Of a stretch of DNA of 64,000 nucleotides, positions 29,487 to 42,535 are shown piece after piece. How positions within the stretch are numbered: position 1 is the stretch's first letter; the number at the start of each line of letters is the position of its first letter. The notes beneath the pieces are model-generated. The model searched no databases, had not been told where the DNA came from, and saw only the letters and a program-made list of their open reading frames with translations. Source of the stretch: Octopus sinensis (Eukaryota). Location of the stretch: the NCBI RefSeq assembly GCF_006345805.1, contig NC_043004.1, positions 62,558,001 to 62,622,000 of the forward strand, in the 5' to 3' direction. The translations under genes and the position numbers were made by a program.

Positions 29487-29572
29487 AAATTAAACTTAAA
29501 TGTTGAAGTGAATCGAACGGCTTTTGTGTGTTTCTTAACTGGCTTACAAACACCTTCCACGCTGCAATTGTT

Positions 29573-29611
<39 letters not shown>

Positions 29612-29644
29612 GTGTGTGTTGTGTGTGTGTGTGTGTGTGTTTGT

Positions 29645-29682
<38 letters not shown>

Positions 29683-30388
29683 TGCGTATGTGTATATATA
29701 TGTAATACCCTGCCAGGCACACGGAGATACACACAAGAAAGTCACACACAAGAGACACGCAAGCATATTTATGAACTGGGATTTTTATATATCAGCAAAT
29801 AGTGCTTTTGAGAGATATTCTTCCTGCTGTATACATTAAGAACTTCCCTTTTTAATATTATTGCATGCATAAGTTATTGTTTTGCAATCCAGAGGTAAAT
29901 GCAATTCATGTAGGAAATGAATTATATTTGGTATTCATCTGGTCTTCTCAGGTGAGATCTGGTAAAATATTCCCACTTGATATTTTGGTAAGTATAAAGC
30001 AACGTCGTATATTTTGGCGTTATATATTCGTCATATATATTCGTAATTCGAGGAGACGGCTGTGTTAGATGTGAAAGATATTTGGCTGCAATGTCTTGGA
30101 TAGTATAAATTCTATGACCCGTCACGTTTTATACGTAAAATGATATTTTGCGAATGAATTTTAAGTTCTGTGCTTTGGGCCAAATGCTGCATTCCAATAT
30201 AGTAATTAACATTTAAGTACCATTACGTCTAATAACTCAAATCCAATCTTCTGAAAATGGCACATTCATAATATATAATTAGCTCTCTTGTAATTTGGGG
30301 GTGATAATTACCGTGTGCAATTCCTGCTATTCTTAAAACTACAACCATTATATTAGATTTATTATTATTATTATATATATATTATATA

Positions 30389-30441
<53 letters not shown>

Positions 30442-31059
30442 TATTATTATTATTACTATTATTATTATTATTAATATAAAAAATATCTATTAATTATGAG
30501 AAACGAACTGTTCATAGGTTAAATTCGTTTCAGTTCGTTCCCAATTTTGCAGTATACTTCGCGTTATTCAAGTGCAAATATTTTTTTATACCCTGTGAAC
30601 AAATAGAAGCACATAGCCTCACGTGGTCGGAGTTCATTCATTCATTCTATCTCTCTATCTCTATCTCTATTTATCTCTCCATATCCCCCTTTCGCTCTAC
30701 TCTTCTCTTTGTCCACATATACACAAGTGAAAGAGAAATATTCATTTGTACGTATGAGTGTGGGCACCGGCGCGTGCATATATGTGTGTTTCTGTGTGTA
30801 TATGTTTCTATGTGTGTGTGTATGTGTGTGCATGCGTGTGTGTTTGTGTTATGTTTGCAAGGCTTTCGGTTTCCTCGATCAACATAAAGCAGCTCGATAC
30901 ATTTTGTTGTGATATTATCTTAGAAATGGATCTCAGAATAGCAGTGGATTCCACTAATACAGTGTGAATGTCTGCACTCATTATTACACAGGTGGTTATC
31001 TCTCATTTCCCAAATGCATTACGAGAGATAATAAAAGACAACGTTTTGTAGGATTCAGC

Positions 31060-31450
31060 CTGCGGTAAGAACAAACTATGGTGAACAGCATGAATACGGT
31101 TCCATACAATCTTGTGCAATAAGAAGGATGTATCTTGTCTTGCTCTCCCTATTGAATCTACAGATTTCACAGCTTAAACTCAAAAACTGCAAAGTATGCA
31201 CGTACATACAATGATCGGAGGATGGAGGCAAAGAATGCAAGGAGATAAAAGACTATGTCTACTCAAGGCATATACTGAATATGCACTGAGATATATATGC
31301 TGAAATCTCAAAGAAAATAATGTCAGGATCTCTGTTTACCTCAATAAAGGATCTGCTCAAAACAACGACAGGCAAATATGTACTGACATCTATATATAAC
31401 ATGTATATATAATCGAAGGCGGATTCCTGTACCATATGGATTATGTTGCC
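31060..31450 (+). mobile_element. Highly decayed RTE LINE RT fragment
   Basis: GTAAGAACAAACTATGGTG...GAAGGATGTATCTTGTC...ATTGAATCTAC resembles the RTE RT motif VRTNYG...GCILSP.LFNLY. Confidence 0.4.
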
Positions 31451-31689
31451 TTCCATATATGGTATCTGCCTTTATTATGTCCGGTCTATAGCATGTATCT
31501 ACACTGATGAAATGCTACAACTTATGTCGATTTCTTGGTTACATGACAATTATTCTGGGTACTATAGGCAGTATTGAATTCGATACTCTATATTATCGAG
31601 TGGCTACTTCTGCACTTTAAATACAGCAATTATATGATTGTTTTGTATTGTAGTTGAAGCTGGATATCAGTGATGTCAAAGTATAAAGC

Positions 31690-32640
31690 TGGGCAAGCAA
31701 CACTATATATAGTCACCAGACTATCGAAGCACCTGGACGACTAAAAGCTGAGAGAGCAATCAGGTTTCCATAGGGACTCTAGTACGATAGACTAAGCATA
31801 GACTCAAATCTATTTTATTGAACGAGCGAATGAACCTAACATTCCTCCGTGTATCGCTTTGTTGATTACGAATAGCCTTTTGATAGCGTCGGGACGAGCT
31901 CATTGAGCAAATCCCTGGAAATGCAAGGTGTCGAGTTGCTATACATCAAACGGCTGAGATATGTTAAATCCAGGTATACAACAGATATAGCTTTGCTATC
32001 GCTAGCACTAAAGATTCCATTTAGGAAGGGTGTCAAGCAAGGAGATACCATCACTCCAAAAATTAAAAGGGCACTGATTAAGCAGGAGGCGCAAATATCA
32101 ATGGCAAGCAATGAATAAAGCTTCCATTCGCAAATGATATTATGCTCATCGAGTAGTAGTATACCTTAGAATGAAAACAAAATAAACGGGGTCGGAAAGC
32201 AGTATAGAAGGTGTTTACATCATTCTAGGATGTGCCTAAAGCAAATATATACGTTACCATACGAGCGAGATTCTGTAATGCCACCGTCCTACTAACGCTC
32301 TTAAACGCAACTGAAACTGGGGCTACTACGAAGGATGGACATCGATTGGCTAAAACTTAAAGGGTCATGGAAAACTCCATGCATGGATTAACATTAAGAG
32401 ACCATATGGGAAATAATATAATTCGAGAAAGAAGCCAAATGAACGAGTGACTGCAGTGCCGGATATGAGAGAATGATTACATCTATGAAGTAGCTAAGTG
32501 GTACTCAGATCGGAAACGCCAATTGTAAGCCGACCAGGACGATGAGGAAATGATTTAGGTAAGCGTAGCGTGATAGGACGGAAACTAACATAGAATTTGA
32601 AGAGTGCTAAGAGTAACGGTGAAGAATGTCAACTGATAGT
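31690..32640 (+). mobile_element. Decayed RTE-clade LINE (RT core to C-terminus)
   Basis: PFDSVG, MQGVELLYIK, IPFRKGVKQGDTITPK and LPFANDIML correspond to RT motifs (AFDSV, RGVRQGD.ISP, FADD). LRDHMGNNIIRERS follows downstream. Confidence 0.75.
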
Positions 32641-32668
32641 CTGTTCAATACTGTAAGGCATACACACA

Positions 32669-32714
<46 letters not shown>

Positions 32715-33577
32715 ATTATATATATATATATACATACATACATATGTATGCATCATTTGTCAGTGTATGTATGGCTATATGCATATGCGCGTCTTTATGC
32801 GTGTAAAATGGCATAGATTAAAGCAGATAAGTTGAACGTGAACGTGGAAACTAGGTTAAATAGTTGATACACAGTTATAATTTTGTACGAAAACATTCCT
32901 TTCACGGTTTTCCAATAGGCTGTAAATAGTGTTGAGCTGCAGGTGGTTGTTCCGTTTGCCATGAATAAGAGTCATTCTTTTCCGAACATACTTAATGCTG
33001 CGTAAAGATCTTCTCCTATCACAGTTGAAGTTTTTGATTCATTTTTCAAATAAGGCAAACATTTACACACACATATATATAACGTGGAGCTGAACGCTTA
33101 TTGAGTAATATTAAACAAATGTATCATGGATAAATTTGTTTATACAGCTATTCAGTTTGAAATTATTTGATCGAGAATAATTTACAACACAATCTTTTTT
33201 CCACTTTATGAGTTAGAGCAATAGCTAGCTATGAAGCACAACTTAATGTTACCTATTAGTCACACAGTGTTCCTTTCAAAATACCTGTAGAGTTTAGCAA
33301 CGACTTCCATTCCTTTCGGTTTGTGACTTGATTTTCGCATAACAATCAACATTTCTTACGTTCAAATTCGAGATTTTTGAGGTCTGATTTTCTATTTAAT
33401 TTCGATATAGCTAGAGTGTATTTGATAAATCGATTATTTAAATTTATTGATCATTTATAGAAACTTTCGTACTTCCTTTTATGTTAGTCTTGTTTATGCC
33501 ACATACTAATCAATTGATTTTACCATGGTCGATTGATTAATGATACTACATTACATTCAATTACATTATATATATAT

Positions 33578-33620
<43 letters not shown>

Positions 33621-34799
33621 AATTGTTTATACTTTGTAGCGTAGATGGATAAAAAAGTCTCGTTCACAGCATTCGTTATGTATATGGTAAATGAAATGCA
33701 GAAGATGGAAGATAGGAGCATTATTATTTATCATGTCCGGACTGTCGGATGCTTTTGAACCAGGTGTTAAGTATCCCAACCTTGGCGGATCGATACTAGA
33801 TGTGTCGAAATATCTGTCATGATTAATAAAGATGTTCGTGCCAGCTTAATTCAATTCGTTCTTTATCGAAAGATACCTGTTGTTATGTCCTGTTATTACT
33901 TTTATTGTATATTTTATTATATTTATATTTGTGTAACATTGTCCGTATTTTCCGTCCTTGTTTTTGTATGCATTCGCTGCTTTCTTCCAAGGAATCTAAT
34001 GCTCTTAGCTTTCTTTTTCCTTGGTGCTGGCCAGATTGGGGCAATCTTAAGCATTATCAGCCGAAATTGCGAGGATAATCTGGTGCTTGACTGAAGAAAG
34101 AAAACTTCGAATGACCCGTCCTTGTTTTCTTTGTATCGTCTATCTGAATGTTTTGTTGTTCCTTTTTGTGTCACCTAGCTGCCCGGGTGTTTTGCGTTCT
34201 TGTCCCATTTTGTATTATATATATATATACATATATAAATCTCTGAACGAGGTGTAAACAGTAGCTGCACGACAATGTGAAGTATATTTGCCACTTAAAT
34301 GTGGCTAACCACTAAGGGTGGATGCTACTGTAGCTTGTAGCCCCGGGAGACCATCTTCTCTAGCTGGCTATTGACACACTTTCTGCCCCCCTAATATATA
34401 CCAACATCTTCAAGCTGACTTAGGCTCCTAGTTATATATAGTTAGCAATGGTAAATTTTCTCGCACGAAAGTAAATAAAAATTGAAAACAAAAGCAAAAA
34501 TTTAAATAATTGTTTTATTCTTGCTATGTTTTTAAATGTAATAAGAAAATGAATTGAAATTTCAATGTTACAGTGAAATTTGCCATTTCTGTAACTTTGA
34601 CGTCATATGACATTACTATGTCAGAAATAAGGCTGTCTGCATTACACAATGTACGGAACTACAAAGTAACGCAATGCTTAGGATTTTATAATTTTAACAT
34701 ATGATTTTTTTCTTAATGAATCAACTCGTATTGAGGTAACAATGGTTCCTTAATTAATGACATAAACATTTTATCACATCATCTTTTCATATTTTCTTG

Positions 34800-35175
34800 C
34801 ACTTACCCAAGGTGCCACCCAGTGGGACTGAACTGCGTGGCACCTTGGGTAAGTGTCTTCTGCTATAGCCTCGGGCCGACCAAAGCCTTGTGAGTGGATT
34901 TGGTAGACGGAAACTGAAAGAAGCCCGTCATATATATATGTATATATATATGTGTGTGTGTGTGTGTGTGCGTGTTTGTCTGTGTTTGTCCCCACAACAT
35001 CGCTTGACAACCGATGCTGGTGTGTTTACGTCCCCGTAACTTAGCGGTTCCGCAAAAAGGAGACCGATAAAATAAGTACTAGGCTTACAAAGAATAAGTC
35101 CTGGGGTCGATTTGATCGACTAAAGGCGGTGCTCCAGCATGGCCACAGTCACATGACTGAAACAAGTAAAAGAGT
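34800..35175 (+). mobile_element. SINE family A with a 5' fold-back inversion
   Basis: 34800-34833 is the reverse complement of the SINE head segment, giving a perfect 19-bp inverted repeat (34800-18 / 34837-55). The normal core and tail follow. Confidence 0.9.
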
Positions 35176-35335
35176 ACGCTTTCACTTACTGGGAGACAGA
35201 CTCTCCTGTTGTTTACTGTAAACAATGGACGTTATATATTTCACATACGTTACAATCTATATTTAAATTTACTGGTTGCTGGAAACATACATATATGTGT
35301 ATATATATAAATAAACACATACATGTACGAACATA

Positions 35336-35379
<44 letters not shown>

Positions 35380-35799
35380 TATATATATATATATATATAT
35401 GGGTGGTGTATTATATATACATACTGTTTTGACATTGCTATGGGGTTGCCTGAGGCCGCACTGGTGGCAAACCTTGTTGGAACATATATTTTATTCAATA
35501 TTAATAGTGAATGTTCAGAAATAGGCGCTTGTCTATATAGGGATGATGCAGATTTTGTCAGAAAAAAGAAAAAAAAACAATCTAAATAGAAACTCGAGAT
35601 ATATAAGAAAAGCTTCCATCCGTTTCTCAAGAGATTTCGACTATTTCGAAACCAAAAATAATTCTATTGATTTTAGATATTAATTTTAACCTTAGAACAG
35701 CTAGATATGCGCCTTACTATAAACCAAATACTAAATTAACTTACATTAACTTTCAAAGTAATCATCCAAATTCAATAGACAAATGGTTGGTACCAAATA

Positions 35800-36625
35800 T
35801 AGAAAAAAAGACTTAATTACTTCTCATATAATGATGCATCTCTTCAAATTTAAACATTCGGCCTTCTTGGCACTTCTGCTAGGGCGACTGTCGCTGGAGC
35901 TTTCGCCAGGACAACCCTCACTGGAGCCTCCGCTAGGACAACTGTCGTTGTTATTATTGCTATTATTGTCGTTATTGCTGGCGATGGCACTGGCTTAGAA
36001 CAGTTGCTTTTGCTATAAGGACTGTTAGGCAAGCAGTTGGTAATGTTGCTGCTGATGGCGATGTTGCTGTTGTTGTTGTTAGTGCTGTCGATGCCATCGG
36101 GGGTGGGGGGAACTGCCGATGCTGTCGCTAGTGCTGTTCTTGTTATTATTCTTAATGTTGTTAACTGTGGCGATGGTGACGACATTGGTAAATCTGTATC
36201 CGTATGTACGGCTGCTACTGCTTGTACCAGTGCTATTGCCAAGGTTTGCTAATGTTTCAGCTTCGTAGACGACTACATTGCAGTGCCCTACCACTGGGCA
36301 TTTATTGCGACCTCTGCTTGTGTAGCCTGCCTCCAGACGTGGCCTTGGGGCGCTAACTAGAATGATCTTAATATTGGGGGAAAATCACTAGAGACTCCAA
36401 CTTTGTGCCTGCTGACAATGGGCCCCTATCTATGGAAACAAGTGAAAAGCTTATCTATTAATTTACGGAATATTCTAGCTACATACGTTTTTGTATCAAG
36501 AGAGAAAGCAAAGTAAACGATATATTTGATGCTCTTACTTCTGTGATTCTTAGCATTGGGGAGATGCGGTTTCTAAATCCACTGGCACCTAGGGCCTCGT
36601 TGTATTAAGGGGCCGCTGCATATGT
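35800..36625 (-). mobile_element. Degenerate Penelope-like element (RT thumb/linker to GIY-YIG) with a low-complexity insert
   Basis: Minus-strand pieces AAP*YNEALGASGFR, TKTYVARIFRKLIDKLF, SRHKVGVS and RNKCPVVGHCNVVVYEAET match the PLE linker and Cys motif. Stops and frameshifts are present. Confidence 0.7.
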
Positions 36626-36852
36626 ACTGCTCTATAACTTTGAGTGTACTTTCTCTTTCAGATTTATGTTTCTTACAAATTACACACACACACACACACA
36701 CATTTATATTACATATATATACATATCTCTCTCTATATATGTGTGTGTGTATATATGTAAATATATATATGTATGTATATCATATATATATATATATTAT
36801 ATATATATACATATATATATGTGTGTGTGTGTGCATATATATATATATATAC

Positions 36853-37173
36853 GCAAGTGTCTTCTACTATAGCCTCGGGCCGACCAAAGCCTTGTGAATG
36901 GATTTGGTAGACGGAAACTGAAAGAAGCCCGTCGTATATATGTATATATATATGCGTTTGTGTGTCTGTGTTTGTGCCCCACAACATCGCTTGACAATCG
37001 ATGCTGGTGTATTTATGTCCCCGTTACTTAGCGGTTCGGCAAAAGAGACCGATAGAATAAGTACTAGGCTTACAAAAGAATAAGTCCCGGTGTCGAGTTG
37101 CTCGATTAAAGGCGGTGCTCCAGCATGGCGGCAGTCAAATGACTGTAACAAGTAAAAAGAATAAAAAAAGAGT
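36853..37173 (+). mobile_element. 5'-truncated SINE family A
   Basis: GCAAGTGTCTTCTACTATAGCCTCGGGCCGACC...ATTAAAGGCGGTGCTCCAGCATGGCGGCAGTC. Confidence 0.9.
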
Positions 37174-37501
37174 ATATATATGTAAATATATATATATATA
37201 TAATATATATATATATATGAATATATATGTGTGTGTGTATAATATATATGTATGTATATATGCGTATATGTTTATATATATAAGTCAGAAAATGGTGAGG
37301 TTTTGAAATATACATTGTAAATTTCTTTTTTCCTTTTCTTCAATTTAAAAACATTCATTTCCCCTTCCAAATCTTTAAACTTTGCCTTGCCAGGAAAACC
37401 GGTATGATTTATTATTGTTTCTTCTTTTTTAATTTTCCATACACCCATTTTTATTAAAATTTACTTTCAATTGAGCATTCTGCCTTATAAAGTTTTCCTC
37501 T

Positions 37502-37546
<45 letters not shown>

Positions 37547-37600
37547 ATATATATATATACATATATATACATATATATACATATATACATATATATACAC

Positions 37601-37632
<32 letters not shown>

Positions 37633-37720
37633 TTATACACACACACACACATATATATATATATTATATGATGCAATTATGTACGACTTCAATGACGATA
37701 ATCATAAATTTTAATGTTAA

Positions 37721-37753
37721 ATTTTACCTTTAATTTCAGCGATTTTTCTCTAG
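37721..37753 (+). promoter_or_regulatory. Candidate splice acceptor(s) upstream of the GPCR ATG
   Basis: Pyrimidine-rich ATTTTACCTTTAATTTCAG (AG at 37738-39) and TTTTTCTCTAG (AG at 37752-53), 14-28 nt before the ATG. Confidence 0.55.
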
Positions 37754-37766
37754 ATTCTTCATCAAC

Positions 37767-38135
37767 ATGGATAATTCGACAGAAGATGTGCAGTCAGACG
37801 AATCATCAACGGCACCTTGTTATAATGCATACTGTTTGTCGGACGAAGATTATGTAAATATGGTCGAACAGCATGTGCAACCGAACGCAGGTGAATGGAT
37901 TCTAGTCGTAATCTTCATCATCCTGTTTATAGTAGGCTTGGTTGGTAACTTTCTCGTATGTTATGCAGTCATCAAGAACAGCCAGATGCGAACTGTCACC
38001 AACTTGTTCATCATGAATCTAGCTATCGCCGATTTTATGGTGATATTGATCTGCCTACCTTCGTCCTTGCTTGTTGATGTATCAGAAACTTGGTTCTTTG
38101 GAGAGGTGATGTGTAAAATATTCCTTTATTTACAG
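37767..38135 (+). CDS. First coding exon (123 aa, N-terminus to TM3) of an allatotropin/orexin receptor-like class A neuropeptide GPCR
   Basis: MDNST sequon; CYNAYCLSDEDYV..HVQP..GEW N-terminal signature of allatotropin receptors; TM1 GLVGNFLV; MRTVTNLFIMNLAIAD (TM2); ETWFFGEVMCK (ECL1/TM3 Cys). It ends YLQ|GTGAGT, a phase-0 consensus donor at 38136. Confidence 0.93.
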
Positions 38136-39140
38136 GTGAGTCTTTCATTTGTAGATTGCTTTCTCTGAATTTCTTTTTATTGTTATTCTTATTATTCATG
38201 TTGTGGATGGTTGTCTTATTCATAAAGTGCTATCGGTATCATGTACGACCGCAGCATCTCTAATTTAGAACGGATACAATAATAAAATGATTTTGGTGTG
38301 AAAATGTTTATGTATTTATTTCGTTATAGTCTATTAGTTATAGCTATTAGTCGAGGACTCGAACCTGAATATGTGGCTTTGCCTGTATGGGAGAATTTAT
38401 AAAATTGAAATAAAACAAAATAAAATAAATTAAGCGCTGAAGTGAAATAGTCCAGATGGTGCTGTGTGCATACAATTTACAATGGCGGCTGGATCGAATT
38501 GTATGCCTATAAAGTCCCATTCAAGATCGACGGAAAATTTTCTGGGAGTACGTAAATGCCGTGTTCTGAGAATGACCGGTATGTGATTGTGTATTTGTTC
38601 ATGTTTTATATGTGTTTTATAGGACATCCTAATGAGGGGAGTGCCAATTGTAAGTACTATTGTAAGTACTAATATGTCTAATATTAATTGGCACATCCTC
38701 GAAACGGACCGTAGATGGACTTCTGTATATCTTATATTTTTGTAAGCTTGTATATGGATTATACTTTATGTACTATTCGCCGGAATTTTATTCGTCTTTT
38801 GATATGCCATATTTTTATTTCATTTCATAATATTTATTTCCCTTATTCTAACAGTTTTAAGCGTGTTATGTACAAAATTTATGTTTACATTTATATTTTT
38901 ATTTGTATATGATACTTACATTTTACTGAATTTAAGAATTTTTTAAAATGTGAGACTGTTTAGATATAAAGTAGTATATAAGATTTGTATGTGTTTGGCC
39001 TATCTTTGAATTTTCTGATGTTCTGTGGTTGTTGCTCGCATTGCCTCCTCTTGGATAAAAAGTGTATACAGCCCATTGGAGCCCTTCTATTTCCAGCCCG
39101 TTGAATATCTTGAGCGCTGTTGTCCCTCAAGATATAACTT

Positions 39141-39194
<54 letters not shown>

Positions 39195-39299
39195 CATACA
39201 TACATACATATATATATATTACCTATGTATATGTGTAAATATATATTATCTATGTATATGTGTATATATATATATATTTATATATTTGATCAGCACGCC

Positions 39300-40410
39300 C
39301 ACTTCCACTCTTAAAACCGCACTGTTTCTCTCGTAGCACACTCCCTTTCTGATTTCTCACTGATACAAACATAATACTCGCATACAACTACACACAACAG
39401 AGTTATACACATAAAATTTCCACACTCATATCTATTCCCTTTTCCGTTGTGCAGTAGCACTATACAGGCACTTCACCAATCCTTCCATACTCTTTCAGTC
39501 TTATAACAAATATTCGTAAACCTTACTAACCATTCAGTCACTGTCACCCTATCTATTTTTAGGCATTACACAGCTATACCTGGCACCTTCCGGTTTGTCA
39601 ATTCCCGCAAGGATCCCCTCGCCTCCTCTCTTCCAATTGCACCGTGGGTCTATTCTCCAACAACAGACATTCACTTCTTTCCTCATACAGCCACTGTACT
39701 TCTCTCCGTATCAGCCTCCACATTTAACAGCTCACTAAAATACGCTGCCCATCTTCTTTGTACGTTCTCACTTCCTTTCAACAATTTTCCATTTTTATCC
39801 TTCATTTTTGCTTCCCTTCTTCCAACCGCCTTTCTTACCCGATGTACTTCTTTCCAAAATATCATTTTTATTTCTTACAAAATGTTCACTCAACTTTTTC
39901 TCCAACATTTCATTCGTCAACCATTTTGCCACAGTCACCACTCCCTTCCCTCTCCTCTTCACATCTGTGTAGCGACGTGAAGAGGAGATGCTGTGTAGCA
40001 ACGTAAAAAGGAGATGCTGTGTAGCATCTCCATCCTTTTTCTGCAACCACACTTTAAAGGCCCTTTTCTTCTCTGTCAACTCATCAACTCGTATACCACA
40101 TAACTTAGATGCATATCTCATTACTGCCTCCCTAAAAACCTCCCACTCCTCCACATCTCCTACCACCACTTTCTTAACCAGTTCATATTCACCTCTCAGT
40201 TACTTTACATACTCTTTCTCCTTCTCTCTCCTATCCAGTTCCCTCACATTCACAACCATTCACCTCTCTGTCACATGTCTAGCATTCCATCATGAACATG
40301 CCTTCAATGTACTCTGTATTAAGAAGTCAGCTGACACTCCTCCACATTCACCTCTCATTACCTGCACATCCACCAATTTTTCTACCACTCTCTTATCAAT
40401 TGATACATAA
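39300..40410 (-). mobile_element. Decayed RTE-clade LINE (endonuclease-RT linker region)
   Basis: EEWEVFREAVMRYASKLCG, EKKRAFKVWLQ and FWKEVHRVRK...KDKNGKLLKGSENVQRRWAAYFSELLNVE. Confidence 0.75.
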
Positions 40411-40430
40411 TACATTGTCAATTAATTCAT

Positions 40431-40522
<92 letters not shown>

Positions 40523-40523
40523 A

Positions 40524-40906
40524 GGCGCAATGGCCCAGTGGTTAGGGCAGCGGACTCGCGGTCATAGGATCGCGGTTTCGATTCCCAGACCAGGCGTTGT
40601 GAGAGTTTGTTGAGCGAAAACACCTTAAAGCTCCACGAGGCTCCGGCAGGGATGGTGGTGATCACTGCTGTACTCTTTCACCACAACTTTCTCTCACTCT
40701 TACTTCCTGTTTCTGTTGTACCTGTATTTAAAGGGGCCGGCCTTGTCACTCTCTGTGTCATGCTGAATATCCCCGAGAACTACGTTAAGGGTGCACGTGT
40801 CTGTGGAGTGCTCAGCCACTTACACGTTAATTTCACGAGCAGGCTGTTCCGTTGATTCGGATCAACCGGAACCCTCGTCGTCGTAACCGACGGAGTGCTT
40901 CCATCC
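40524..40906 (+). mobile_element. Full-length tRNA-derived SINE family C
   Basis: GGCGCAATGGCCCAGTGGTTAGGGCAGCGG, B-box GGTTTCGATTCCC, tail CCCTCGTCGTCGTAACCGACGGAGTG. Confidence 0.92.
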
Positions 40907-42535
40907 ATCATATATATATACATATATATATTTATACATATGTGTGTATGTTTGTGTATACTTGGCGTTCTCTTTCTCTGTATTATGGATCCTGCGAATA
41001 ACAACTTCAATCATAATGCTTTAGAATGTGAGCTGGCTTAGAATTCGATAAGAAAAACGACTAAGAACGTTGTAGATACTTAAATAGCATGTACAGGAAA
41101 ATGATATTAACTATTGAGAATGTTTCTCATATGCAAATTCAAATCTATGAAATTACATATATGATACATAATACATATATGATGCATAATTACATATCTG
41201 ATACATAAAAAGCATGCGTTTTAAGTTATACAATATATCTACTCCATAACGATTTTAGGCTATCACATTTTTTTCTGCAGATATTCATATATGTATGTAT
41301 GCATGCAAGTATGTATCTGTGTGTACATGTGAACACATATATATGTGTGTATATATATATATGTGTGTATATATATATGTGTGTGTGTATGTGTACACAT
41401 GTTCATTTCTGTCTGCATTTGCACATATGTGCGTATGTGTGTGTGCATGTTCGAAAATCACATTCTGCATTTAATTGTATGCCAACATGTACAAACTGAT
41501 AACTCACTGTTCGATATGTATAGTAATTGTTATCTAATTTTCAGAACGTATGACGTCCCTTGAAGCAATTATATGATATTTAATTTCTTTGCATATTTAT
41601 TGAAGGAAATACATTTTTATGCTTCTGATATTAACTCACTTACGTTGTGTCATATACCCAGAAGATATTATGTTATGTGAATGTTAGTATGTTTGAATCG
41701 AGGGAAATACTGTTTAAAGGTAATTGAAGGTGTTATTAAATTTATGCAAGATGGAATGGGCTTGTGTCTACGGTAATTCTTTTTATTGAGGACAAAGAAT
41801 ACGGTGCGCAGGAAATCTAGTTTGCATAGCAGAAATATTATCAATTACTTTAATAATACCAATTATATTTCGTGATGACATCCTATAACTGATAGGATCC
41901 TTAAGACATTATAGTATATGCGGCAATTCTTATCGTGTTATTGCGTGCATTGTTCGTGAATCAAGATATTTTAGCGAAAGCTAACGGTTCCAATTTAACC
42001 ATATATGTCGATGCAATAGTTGTGTATGTTTAAGAATTCTCACATTTGCGGTATTGGTTAAGTAGGGTCTATAACAGGTTTTTTTTTCAAACATTAGCTA
42101 CACAAGGTGGATTCTATGTCATGACAATAACATGGATGTCAGTTGGAAGGATACTTATTGTATTGGTTATTAGACTTAATTTGTCTTCCGTTGAACAATG
42201 TCGTTGGACTTTTGGCAGATTGTATCGAGTCAACAAGCTTGCGAACATTCCGACGGAATATTCATGTATTAATCAAACTAAGTAATCAGTGAAAATCAAA
42301 AATAGAAAACACACAATTATTGAGGATGTTGTATAGTGTCAAGCTCGTTGTCGTACAAAGATCGTTCTACTGTATAATAAAGGCTGTGCATTTGGGAAAT
42401 TTGAACCAGCTCCTTACAGCTAATGCGACTACATACTAATATGGAACAAGGCGGTCAAATGATTCTGAGACCAACAACGCAGAGATAAATATCGCAATAT
42501 ATGAGGCAATTCCAGGGCAAACTTTGAAGTTCTTA

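Noticed and set aside
34091-34120. CTGAAGA-AAG AAAA CTT-CGAATGAC motif
   Set aside because: Extra C before GAAT, A15.1 is absent and there is no NUH/helix I. Probably a decayed PLE LTR, not supportable as a ribozyme.
35783-36252. Plus-strand hydrophobic ORFs (35783-35998, 36037-36252) that look like signal peptides or TM segments
   Set aside because: They are antisense readings of the triplet-rich insert in the minus-strand PLE remnant.
38136-38168. ORF-track extension VSLSFVDCFL of the GPCR
   Set aside because: It is read-through into the intron past a consensus CAG|GTGAGT donor, and a TM3/DRY continuation is expected instead.
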